Assembly (NCBI GenBank): GCA_029268325.1
Contig: JAJUGC010000001.1
Location: forward strand, 1 to 26,249
Source of the DNA: Gammaproteobacteria bacterium
GTDB lineage: Bacteria; Pseudomonadota; Gammaproteobacteria; Pseudomonadales; Oleiphilaceae
DNA length: 26,249 bases
Direction: 5' to 3'
The translations under genes were made by a program, and so were the position numbers. The notes beneath the pieces are model-generated. The model did no database searches, was not told the origin of the DNA, and saw only the letters and a list, made by a program, of their open reading frames with translations. Shown here in pieces: positions 1 through 7,850 of this stretch (within the stretch, counting starts at the first letter, position 1; every line of letters starts with the position of its first letter).

Positions 1-585
1 AAGGCGCCGACCGTCGGATTTCACAAAGGGTTTGCGTTTGAAAAAACTGGTGGCCGGCTGCAGGGGGACGGAAGAGGTGGTGCGGTGGGTGTCGGGAATC
101 AACTCCACCAGGGCATGGCAGACCGCAGCATAGTCGCTACTGATGGTGTCCAGCTTGTAAGCGAGCTTCATCAGGTTGGGTTGGAGCTCGCACAGCAGGC
201 GATAGGCATCGGTTTCATCCATTTGCGCCAGGGCCTCGCACACCAGAGGCAGATAATCCGGCAACTCGTAATCGTTCAGTTCCAGATCGGACTGACGATA
301 GATTTCGTTCAGGGCCAGCCGGGCGTCGGTACGTTCCTGGGTGTCCTGGTGGTTTTGTTCGAACAGGTACAGGGAAAAACGGGTGTTGAAACAATACTTG
401 TAATGTTTCTGCGCCGCGATCAGGTCGTGCCTGGACAGTCGCCGACACAGGTTATCCAGGGCCCGCCGTCGCTTTGCAGAAAGATGGGGATCTCCTGCCA
501 GCCGGTTGCGGATGGGTGCCATGGCGTCACGAAGCTGTTCCGATGGTCGTAGCAGGAGTCGCCCAAGAGCACAGAAGGTTTGCAT
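1..585 (-). CDS. narJ: NarJ/TorD-family molybdoenzyme maturation chaperone, divergent NarJ-like; 3' end runs off the window
   Basis: Hand translation from ATG at 585, with RBS GAGGAG at 594-599, stays open to base 1: MQTFCALGRLLLRPSEQL...FNTRFSLYLFEQNHQDTQERTDARLALNEIYRQSDLELNDYELPDYLPLVCEALAQM. This matches the NarJ pattern SLxLFEH..G.SRDRGQA..DL..Y...GL......ELPD.LPL..E.L. It is absent from the ORF track because there is no stop inside the window. Confidence 0.7.
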   Translation of the reverse strand, partial: MQTFCALGRLLLRPSEQLRDAMAPIRNRLAGDPHLSAKRRRALDNLCRRLSRHDLIAAQKHYKYCFNTRFSLYLFEQNHQDTQERTDARLALNEIYRQSDLELNDYELPDYLPLVCEALAQMDETDAYRLLCELQPNLMKLAYKLDTISSDYAAVCHALVELIPDTHRTTSSVPLQPATSFFKRKPFVKSDGRRL

Positions 586-836
586 GAAGTTATCTCCTCA
601 GCGCAAAGCATCAACTTGCGTTGGTGGTTGTGCTATCACACCCCGGCTGGGCGGGAAGATCCGGGACAGGCTGTGACACGACAGCAGCACAGTTGAAAAC
701 AATATACAGTTGCCGCGAAACCGGAAAAAACACAGCTCCGGGGCTTTACTACTATCGGTGGCCTGCGTCACTGGTTACAATTTCGCCGCGAATCGCTCTG
801 GTTTTACGTTCCAGACCGCCATTAGGAATCAGATTT

Positions 837-1814
837 ATGCCTCACGCTGTTGTTTGCGCTTTGTACAAATTCGTGACCCTGGATGACTACGAGTCGTTGC
901 GGGAGCCGCTCCTGAATCTCATGCAGGAGCAGGGGGTCAAGGGAACCCTGCTGTTGGCCCGGGAAGGGATCAACGGCACCGTGGCCGGCAGTCGCGAGGG
1001 CATCGACCGGCTGAAAGCCTGGCTGGAGTCCGATGCGCGCTTCAGCGGGATTGCCTACAAGGAGTCCTTTCACGAGACCATGCCCTTTAACCGCACCAAG
1101 GTGAAGCTCAAGAAAGAAATCGTCACCATGGGCGTGGAGGATATCGACCCCCGTCGGATCGTGGGCACCTATGTGAAACCGAAAGATTGGAATGCGCTGA
1201 TTTCCGATCCGGAGGTCGTGCTGATCGATACCCGGAACGACTATGAAGTGCAGATCGGCACCTTTAAGAATGCGGTCAATCCCGGCACCGACTCGTTCCG
1301 CCAGTTCCCACAATACGTGAAGGAAAACCTGGATCCGGGCAAGCACCGCAAGGTGGCCATGTTCTGTACCGGCGGCATCCGTTGCGAGAAGTCCACCGCC
1401 TATCTGAAGCAGCAGGGATTTGAGGAGGTCTACCACCTGGAGGGCGGCATTCTCAAATACCTGGAAGAAGTGCCGGAGCAGGAGTCTCTGTGGCAGGGAG
1501 AGTGCTTTGTGTTCGACGAGCGGGTGGCGGTCAACCATCGTCTGGAAAAAGGGCAACATGATTTGTGTCACGCCTGCCGCCTCCCCATTTCCGAGGAGGA
1601 CAAAGCCAGTGAGCTCTATCAGGAAGGCGTGAGTTGCCCCCATTGCCATGACAAGCTGACGCCAGAGCAAAGGGCCCGGTTCCAGGAGCGGGAGCGTCAG
1701 ATCAAGCTGGCCCGCCAGCGTGGTGAGGAACATATTGGCGAAGAGGCGGCCCGGCTGATCGAACTGCGTCGCCACGCCAAGCGACAAAGATCACCCGAGC
1801 AGGAACAGCCCTAA
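837..1814 (+). CDS. trhO: Oxygen-dependent tRNA uridine(34) hydroxylase TrhO (YceA, rhodanese domain)
   Basis: Motifs [52 protein letters not shown] and C-terminal CHAC/CPHC. Start moved to ATG 837 (AGGAA at 824-828). Confidence 0.92.
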   Translation: MPHAVVCALYKFVTLDDYESLREPLLNLMQEQGVKGTLLLAREGINGTVAGSREGIDRLKAWLESDARFSGIAYKESFHETMPFNRTKVKLKKEIVTMGVEDIDPRRIVGTYVKPKDWNALISDPEVVLIDTRNDYEVQIGTFKNAVNPGTDSFRQFPQYVKENLDPGKHRKVAMFCTGGIRCEKSTAYLKQQGFEEVYHLEGGILKYLEEVPEQESLWQGECFVFDERVAVNHRLEKGQHDLCHACRLPISEEDKASELYQEGVSCPHCHDKLTPEQRARFQERERQIKLARQRGEEHIGEEAARLIELRRHAKRQRSPEQEQP

Positions 1815-1870
1815 CCTCTTTCAGACCCAGGGATGCCGGCCAGTACCTTGGAGGGAGCTGTCCGCCTGCT

Positions 1871-2563
1871 TTAGTGGGGCGGCTCCAGATGGTTTTCGTC
1901 CATGGAGCAGGAGCAAATGCGGCTGAGCTGGCAATAGGGCAGGCCGGTTTCCCGGTGCCACTGGTTAAAGGTTTCCTGGATCAGGCGTAGCTCCCGCTTG
2001 GTGGTGCCTTTATTGATATCCAGCCCGGCGTCCTTGAGGCAGTCGAGCACGTCCTGGCTGAGTACAAAGGTGTCTTTGCCCAGATTACGCAGGACACGCA
2101 TGCCCGTATTGCCTCCCAGGCGTTCACCCCGTTTACGCAGGAGATCGAGCAGGCCGATCAGGTTGTCCGAGGGCCATTGGGCGACAAAACGGCCAAAGCT
2201 ACCGTACTCCTGGGCAATGTCCAGAATGAACTGGGCATTGCGGGGCACCGTCATGATCTTTTGCATGTTGCGGATAATACGGCTGTCTTGCCCGATGGAC
2301 TCCCAGAGATCCGGCGGAACCAGCACCATTTTTTCCGGTACAAAGCCGAAGAAAACCTTCTCGAAGTCAGACCATTTCTGATCCACGACCCGCCACACAA
2401 ACCCCGCTTGGAAAATGCAGCGAGTCATTTCCGACAGCCAACGGTCGTCAGGCACAGACTCCAGTTGCTGTGGGGTGCGGGGACTGGGTAGCCAGCCGGC
2501 CAGGCCGGCGGTGCCGCCTTTGCGACGCAGGGCCCGCTCATGGATCCGGGTGAAAGATGTCAT
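1871..2563 (-). CDS. DNA-3-methyladenine glycosylase I (Tag) family protein
   Basis: DDRWLSEMTRCIFQAGFVWRVVDQKWSDFEKVFFGF, DSRIIRNMQKI, YGSFGRF and LRNLGKDTF match the Tag-like HhH family seen in Pseudomonas and relatives. Confidence 0.8.
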   Translation of the reverse strand: MTSFTRIHERALRRKGGTAGLAGWLPSPRTPQQLESVPDDRWLSEMTRCIFQAGFVWRVVDQKWSDFEKVFFGFVPEKMVLVPPDLWESIGQDSRIIRNMQKIMTVPRNAQFILDIAQEYGSFGRFVAQWPSDNLIGLLDLLRKRGERLGGNTGMRVLRNLGKDTFVLSQDVLDCLKDAGLDINKGTTKRELRLIQETFNQWHRETGLPYCQLSRICSCSMDENHLEPPH

Positions 2564-2618
2564 CGTACTGCTCCAAGAAAGGAATGCCGGAACTTGGTGA
2601 ATCGTTCCGGCCCGTCTC

Positions 2619-3374
2619 CTACTTCAGCTTCTTGATGGTCGTTTCGATATTTTTACTCCGAGCCTCATTGGAGGGGTGCGAACTGAGGAAACCGCCCCCG
2701 GCGCCGGCCTTTTGCTGCAGGGTTTGGATGGCCCGCTTCATGGCGGCAGGATCTTCGCCCATTCTGTGCAGGGCCTTCACGGCAAAGGCATCGGACTCCA
2801 ACTCGTCGGATTGGGAGAAGCGGGAGTTGATAAAGGCGTAGGCAATCTGGCCCAATTGGGACGAGGTCAGGTCACCGATTGTGCCTCCAACGGAAGCCAC
2901 CGCATTGAAGGCTGAACTGGTCAGCAGTTGCTTGCGCATTTGGTCGTAGCTGTGGTTCAGGCGCACATGGCCGATTTCATGTTGCAGCACCGCCCGGACC
3001 TGGTCGTCGGGCATGGCATCCATCAGGCCGGAAAAGACCCGTACCGTACCATCGGGCATGGCAAAGGCATTCAGCTCATCGGACTTGTAGACCTTGAAGT
3101 TAAAGTCGATATCGCCGCTGGTATCCAGGCCCGCCACGATCTTGTCCAGCCGGCGTCCGTATTCGGTGTTGGGGCCCAGGATCTCGTTTTGGGCATCCAT
3201 TTCTTGGGCCGCTTCGCTGGCGGCTTGCTGGACACTGCCCTTGTCGAGCAAGGCGGCCTGGGCCAAGCCCGCCCCCACAGTCAGCGCCTGTTCCGTATTG
3301 AAACCGCCCTCAGTCGCACAAGCGGCCAGGACACAGGGCAACGCCAGCACGAAAAACATTTTCCTTAATTGCAT
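2619..3374 (-). CDS. loiP: M48-family zinc metallopeptidase lipoprotein (LoiP/YggG-like)
   Basis: Lipobox LAAC after a hydrophobic N-terminus; NAFAMPDG, zinc motif HEIGH, ELESD and C-terminal SSHPS. Confidence 0.82.
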   Translation of the reverse strand: MQLRKMFFVLALPCVLAACATEGGFNTEQALTVGAGLAQAALLDKGSVQQAASEAAQEMDAQNEILGPNTEYGRRLDKIVAGLDTSGDIDFNFKVYKSDELNAFAMPDGTVRVFSGLMDAMPDDQVRAVLQHEIGHVRLNHSYDQMRKQLLTSSAFNAVASVGGTIGDLTSSQLGQIAYAFINSRFSQSDELESDAFAVKALHRMGEDPAAMKRAIQTLQQKAGAGGGFLSSHPSNEARSKNIETTIKKLK

Positions 3375-3667
3375 GCAACAACTCCTTGGAGATCTGGATG
3401 GGCATAAAAAGGTCTCCGGCCCGCCTGTGGCAAACCAGTGCGTCGCCGAAACATACCATTAAAAAGCAGGGCCTGGGAGAGGGTTAGGGCCCGGATTGGG
3501 AGGAAGTCGGCAATCGTCGGCCGTTGCCGGAATGAGTATGCTAAATGGACAGGCAGTCACACATTCACTTCAAACTGAATCCAACAGGCAGAGGAGGACA
3601 GAGGCCTCGGGCGCAACCCGATCTGAAAACCCAAGGGGACACAAATCTGGGCAGGGAGGAACGAGAG

Positions 3668-4201
3668 ATGGCAAACTTTTTGATGCTCATTGTCATCGGG
3701 CTGCTGGGTAGTGGGCTCGTGGGCGCCGGGGTGTTTCTCGGAATCTTCTGGTGGCGTCAGCAAGCCAGCGAGCACCGGAACCGGCGCCTGGAGGATGATC
3801 TGACCGAAAGCTCCGAGCTGGACTCTCTCAAACAGGAACTGGCGCAGCTGGTTCCCCGCCTGTACCGGGGCGACCGTCGTTCCCAGCAAGCGGTGGGGGC
3901 CAGCCTTAATCTGGCCATGGCCTATTTCCGCTCCCGCTATTCCCGGGCCGCAACCTTCGCTGCCGTATCCCGGAGGGAACAACAGGAGTTCCTCCGCCGG
4001 CTGACGGAGGCGGAGCTGCGCTTCTACGAACAAAACCGCCAGGAGGAAGGGGCAGCGACCACCTTATTCAAGTGCTGGCTGACCGCAATCACGGCCAAGG
4101 ATGTGACCATGGCCCGGGAAATCCGCTCCCATGTGGATTATTTCTGTCGCCTGCCCCTGGAGGAGGCCTCTGAAGCCAGCGCATCCCGTTGTACGGTCTG
4201 A
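3668..4201 (+). CDS. Hypothetical protein with a single N-terminal transmembrane anchor
   Basis: ATG 3668 follows GGGAGGA. MANFLMLIVIGLLGSGLVGAGVFLGIFWW is a hydrophobic helix followed by a charged helical domain. No family recognised. Confidence 0.65.
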   Translation: MANFLMLIVIGLLGSGLVGAGVFLGIFWWRQQASEHRNRRLEDDLTESSELDSLKQELAQLVPRLYRGDRRSQQAVGASLNLAMAYFRSRYSRAATFAAVSRREQQEFLRRLTEAELRFYEQNRQEEGAATTLFKCWLTAITAKDVTMAREIRSHVDYFCRLPLEEASEASASRCTV

Positions 4202-4226
4202 AACCCTTGGTCAGAAAGGGCGGAGC

Positions 4227-4841
4227 TTAGCCCTCGGCTGCTTCGGCAAATGGCGGTTTGGATCCTTTCTCCTCGGAGTCAGTCCATTTGGGCGCAGCCG
4301 GGGGGACGTACTCAAGGAGCGCCTTTAGCAGGGCCTCGGGAGACTCGTCCACCAGTAACATGTTCCGGTAGACCGGTTTGAGGAATTCGTCCTCCACCAC
4401 ATGGTCCAGAAAGGACACCAGTCCATCGTAGAACCCGGCGACATTGAGCAACGCGCAAGGCTTGCGATGATAGCCCAGCACACCCCAGGTCCAGACTTCA
4501 AACAGCTCCTCGAAGGTGCCGATTCCCCCGGGCAGTGCCAGAAAGGCGTCGGCCAGCTCTGACATCTTGGCTTTGCGTTCGTGCATGGTCTCGACGATGT
4601 GCAGTTCGCTCAGGCCTGTATGGGCCAACTCCCGGTCCATCAGGGACTGGGGAAGCACCCCAATGACTTCGCCACCGGCTTGCCGGGCAGCGGTTGCGAC
4701 AGCCCCCATCAAACCCACAGAGGCACCGCCATAGACAATGCCGATGCTCTGCTGGGCGAGCAGTTGGCCGAGCACTGTGGCAGCTTGAAGGAACTCGGGG
4801 CGACGTCCGGAGCTGGAGCCGCAAAATACTGCAATGCGCAT
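4227..4841 (-). CDS. LOG-family nucleotide phosphoribohydrolase (TIGR00730-type)
   Basis: IAVFCGSS, VYGG..VGLMG, MHERK and the signature PGGIGTFEELFE. Confidence 0.9.
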   Translation of the reverse strand: MRIAVFCGSSSGRRPEFLQAATVLGQLLAQQSIGIVYGGASVGLMGAVATAARQAGGEVIGVLPQSLMDRELAHTGLSELHIVETMHERKAKMSELADAFLALPGGIGTFEELFEVWTWGVLGYHRKPCALLNVAGFYDGLVSFLDHVVEDEFLKPVYRNMLLVDESPEALLKALLEYVPPAAPKWTDSEEKGSKPPFAEAAEG

Positions 4842-4900
4842 GTTTGGACCTTTTATTTTGGTTGAACAGGAAGTCTGGTAGAACAGGAAAAACGCCAGGC

Positions 4901-6262
4901 TCAGCTACCTTCCGAAATGGCCAGTGAGCAATGCTGGTTCGCCAGGAGCTGCTTCATGCCCTGGCGGTACAAAAGCCATGCCAGGATACCGGCCGCCAGG
5001 TTGCCCAGCAAGGCACCGCTGAACAGGCCTGTCAGATCGGCCAGCCAGGCGCCGAGTCCGAGGAGCGGCAGGTAGCAGAGAAACAGCCGGCAGACGGAAA
5101 TCAGAAGGCCGCGCAGGGGCTGGTTCATGGCATTGCTGACGGAGACCATCAGCATACAGACCCCCAGGGCGCTGTAGCTGAATGGTACCAGGATCAGGTA
5201 GTCCTGCAGAATGCTTCGTACTGTCGGGTCGCGGGTCAGCAGCTGGGTGAGGGGCTCGGACACCAGAAGCCAGAACAGGGCCACGCTGAGTTGCCAGGCG
5301 ATGACGAAACGCACGGCAATCCGGACCAGGTGGCGGATTTGTTCGATTTTTCCCGCCCCCAGAAAATGCCCCACCATGGGCGGCAGGGACATGGTCAGGG
5401 CCAGGACAACGACAATGGAAAAGAACTCAAGCCGGGTGCCCAAGCCCCAGGCGGCAACCGCCGCCGTACCGAACCCGGCGACCAGGCTGGTGGCCAAGAG
5501 GGCCGCCAACGGTGGCATGAGCTGGCTGAGCATGGCCGGTGCCATGATGCCACCCAACTGCTTCAAGGCCGGCCTCAAGGCCAGGCTGCTCAGATTCAGC
5601 CGTAGCCAGCGCCGCTGCAAGAGCCGCGGAAAGATAATCAGGCAGCCTACGGCAAAGGCGGTGCAAGAGGCCCAGGCCGCTCCTGCAATTCCCCAGCCGA
5701 AGGTGAAGATATACAAGGGATCGAGGGCAATATTCAGCAGGCTGATGCCCACCATGGTCAGGCCCGGTAGCTTGGTGTTGCTGTGGGCCCGGCAGAGGCT
5801 GTAGCCGAAGTAAAGCACAGCGCCCAGCCAGGTGCTCAGCAGCCAGGGAGCCCAATAACGGTCCACCAGGGGCAAGAGGGAGGCATCGGCCCCCATGGCG
5901 GTGACGATGGGCTTTCGCAACAGCCAGATCAGCAGGCACAGGGCCAGGATCATCAGCGCGCCGGTCCACATGACCAGGCCCCCCAACTGTCCCGCCCGGA
6001 GCCGGTCGCCCGAGCCCAACGTGCAGGAAATGACGGCGGTGGTGGCAATGCCCAGACCCACCTGGGTGCCTGAAATAAACAGATAAACCGGTACCGTAAA
6101 GCCGGCCACCGCCAACGGGGCAACACCTAACTGGCCGATAAAGGCACTGTCGGCGAGCTGGAAGCTCATCAGGGCCAGGACGCCGAACAGCATTGGCCAG
6201 GTCATTTTGAACAGGGCTTGGCCCAAAGACGAAGACGGGGAATCAGACGGGGCGTTTGCCAT
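4901..6262 (-). CDS. MATE-family efflux transporter
   Basis: About 12 hydrophobic helices; P.L....LMSFQLADSAFIGQLG, NIALDPLYIF.FGWGIAGAAWAS and AAWGLGTRLE are typical MATE segments. Confidence 0.9.
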   Translation of the reverse strand: MANAPSDSPSSSLGQALFKMTWPMLFGVLALMSFQLADSAFIGQLGVAPLAVAGFTVPVYLFISGTQVGLGIATTAVISCTLGSGDRLRAGQLGGLVMWTGALMILALCLLIWLLRKPIVTAMGADASLLPLVDRYWAPWLLSTWLGAVLYFGYSLCRAHSNTKLPGLTMVGISLLNIALDPLYIFTFGWGIAGAAWASCTAFAVGCLIIFPRLLQRRWLRLNLSSLALRPALKQLGGIMAPAMLSQLMPPLAALLATSLVAGFGTAAVAAWGLGTRLEFFSIVVVLALTMSLPPMVGHFLGAGKIEQIRHLVRIAVRFVIAWQLSVALFWLLVSEPLTQLLTRDPTVRSILQDYLILVPFSYSALGVCMLMVSVSNAMNQPLRGLLISVCRLFLCYLPLLGLGAWLADLTGLFSGALLGNLAAGILAWLLYRQGMKQLLANQHCSLAISEGS

Positions 6263-6348
6263 GGACTACTCTCAACTACAGGAGCGTCCAGTTTAGAGGC
6301 TCCTCCGGCCTACATAAAGAGGCTGGGCGGGTTCGGGCCAGGGAGCCT

Positions 6349-6381
6349 GCCCGGTTTGAGGCCTGAAAGGCCAGGCCGGGC
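6349..6381. terminator. GC-rich stem-loop downstream of the EF-hand gene; possible terminator or stabiliser
   Basis: GCCCGG...GGCC-TGAAA-GGCC...CCGGGC nested pairing, about 16 nt past the minus-strand stop at 6397. No U-tract. Confidence 0.3.
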
Positions 6382-6396
6382 GACTAGGGAACAAGG

Positions 6397-6693
6397 CTAA
6401 GGCGTAGCGTCCCTTAAACTGTCCATGGGATCCCACTCGCTGAACTCTTCGGCACTCAGGTGGGCATTGCCGTCACGGTCCAGATCGCCAAACGACTGGT
6501 GCAGCATTTGGTTGCGCTGTGCTTCCATTTCACTGATCTTGCCGTCGTTGTCGATATCAAACTGAAGGAAGGCATCCTGCTGGGCACCTTCCAGTTTCAT
6601 AACCTGTTCCTTTTCCTCTTCAGTCATACTGCCCTGGGCTAGGGCGACACCGGGCAAGGACAGCAGCAAAGCACAAGCAAAGGGATATTTCAT
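6397..6693 (-). CDS. Secreted two-EF-hand calcium-binding protein
   Basis: Signal peptide MKYPFACALLLSLPGVALA; canonical 12-residue loop DIDNDGKISEME and second loop DRDGNAHLSAEE. Confidence 0.85.
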   Translation of the reverse strand: MKYPFACALLLSLPGVALAQGSMTEEEKEQVMKLEGAQQDAFLQFDIDNDGKISEMEAQRNQMLHQSFGDLDRDGNAHLSAEEFSEWDPMDSLRDATP

Positions 6694-6775
6694 AGCGTGT
6701 CTCCGGTCATGTTTGTTGTAAGCCGGCGGCCGTCGGTATCCGGCCCTGGGGGCGGAACCGGCCGAGCGTTCCGTT

Positions 6776-6808
6776 TTGTACTGGCAATTTCTTATCTTGT
6801 ACTTGCAA
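6776..6808. promoter_or_regulatory. Tandem 12-bp direct repeat at 21-bp period; candidate operator
   Basis: TTGTACTGGCAA (6776-6787) and TTGTACTTGCAA (6797-6808), 11/12 identical, in an AT-rich patch 83-115 bp upstream of the EF-hand gene. Confidence 0.45.
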
Positions 6809-6834
6809 GGGCTCGCCCAACAGGCGCACCGGGT

Positions 6835-7377
6835 TCAGCGAAGGTCCAGGCTGGGGCGGGACAGGGCTTCCGTTTTGCCGCCGGTAAGGTTTTCCAGGAT
6901 CGGTTGCAGGGGCCGGTTACGCACCTCCACGCTGACAAAATATTCAGGCTGATACTCATCTGCGATATAGCCCACGGTTTTATCGGGAAACTTGATGATA
7001 TACAGAGTCAGTTTGCCCCGGTTCTCGATCAGTTTCTCCGTCATGTCGCGGGTCTTCCGGTCCCTGAGTACCTGCAGGATGCTGGTGGATGGCTGCTCGT
7101 CGCCGAACAAGTCTTTCAGGTATTCCGCAGCGGGAATGGTGGTGCGCTCTTCAAACTCATCCCGGTGGACGGTGGAGATATGGATTTCGCTTCCATCCTC
7201 ATAGAGGGTGGTCAGGGTTGCGTTATCCAGGCTTTGGCTCTGAATCCCCGAAATAGGCAGTTGCATATTGTAATCTCCCACCCTCAGGGAGATGTGGGCC
7301 GGTTGCTGAGCGTAGAGGGATGTCGAAAGGGCGAGAACTGCTACCGCACACAACAGCCGATGAGAGGGTGTCATCAT
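6835..7377 (-). CDS. Hypothetical exported protein
   Basis: Signal-peptide-like N-terminus (HRLLCAVAVLALSTSLYA|QQ), preceded by GAGGATGG. 180-aa soluble mature part with no recognised family. Confidence 0.65.
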   Translation of the reverse strand: MMTPSHRLLCAVAVLALSTSLYAQQPAHISLRVGDYNMQLPISGIQSQSLDNATLTTLYEDGSEIHISTVHRDEFEERTTIPAAEYLKDLFGDEQPSTSILQVLRDRKTRDMTEKLIENRGKLTLYIIKFPDKTVGYIADEYQPEYFVSVEVRNRPLQPILENLTGGKTEALSRPSLDLR

Positions 7378-7613
7378 GGTGGGTCCATCCTCTTGTTACG
7401 GGTATTTCCCGATGGGTGAAGCCGTATTGTCCACGGGCCAGGCGCTTCCGGGTCAGGCAGGGGCCGGGTCATGAAAGGTTAAAGTATAAAAACCGGAACC
7501 CGCATCCCAAAGCCGGAGCCCAGCCAGGGGGCTCTTTGCCACATAATGGGCTTATAAGGGCTTCCTCGGAAGAAAGCCTGTATTACGTGCCGGTCAGGTA
7601 TTGGCGGGTCGAT

Positions 7614-7643
7614 GAATAAAGTTTTAAGTTCTTACCTTTATTC
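7614..7643. promoter_or_regulatory. Interrupted inverted repeat in an AT-rich divergent intergenic region
   Basis: GAATAAAG (7614-7621) and CTTTATTC (7636-7643) flank an inner TAAG-tt-CTTA. Confidence 0.35.
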
Positions 7644-7850
7644 CGGCCCGGCAATAGTTCATAAATAGTTTTGTTTTGGCGGCCCGCGATGACGCCAAGC
7701 TGTCAGCCCCAGGGTCGGCAGGTCAGGGCGATAGCCTGGGGAGAGGGAAGGCGGAAAAAGGTGTCCGGCCGGGCAGGATGGAACGCTCGAAGGCATAAGA
7801 TTCAGGGACTAAGGGCGCCATAGCCTTTCCCCCGGATCCATTGGAGATGG

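Noticed and set aside
601-712. FNR-like half site (AGCATCAA) and LexA-like half site (ATATACAGT) between narJ-like and trhO
   Set aside because: Only one half of each palindrome is present. CTGT-N8-ACAG and TTGAT-N4-ATCAA are not satisfied.
621-836. N-terminal extensions in the track for trhO, and likewise at 3545, 10717, 10848, 15223, 20416, 20519 and 22942
   Set aside because: Family similarity begins at downstream ATGs, most of which have better-placed RBSs.
822-1787. Long antisense ORFs in the track (e.g. 822-1787, 11016-12122, 16186-17481, 23709-25550 on minus; 4931-5605 on plus)
   Set aside because: They lie opposite well-supported genes, show no motifs, and are the expected shadow of GC-rich codon usage.
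3607-3650. GCAACCC...GAAA...GGGGACACAAA resembling a c-di-GMP-I riboswitch
   Set aside because: The arms flanking GAAA do not pair, and the downstream P1/P2 consensus is missing.
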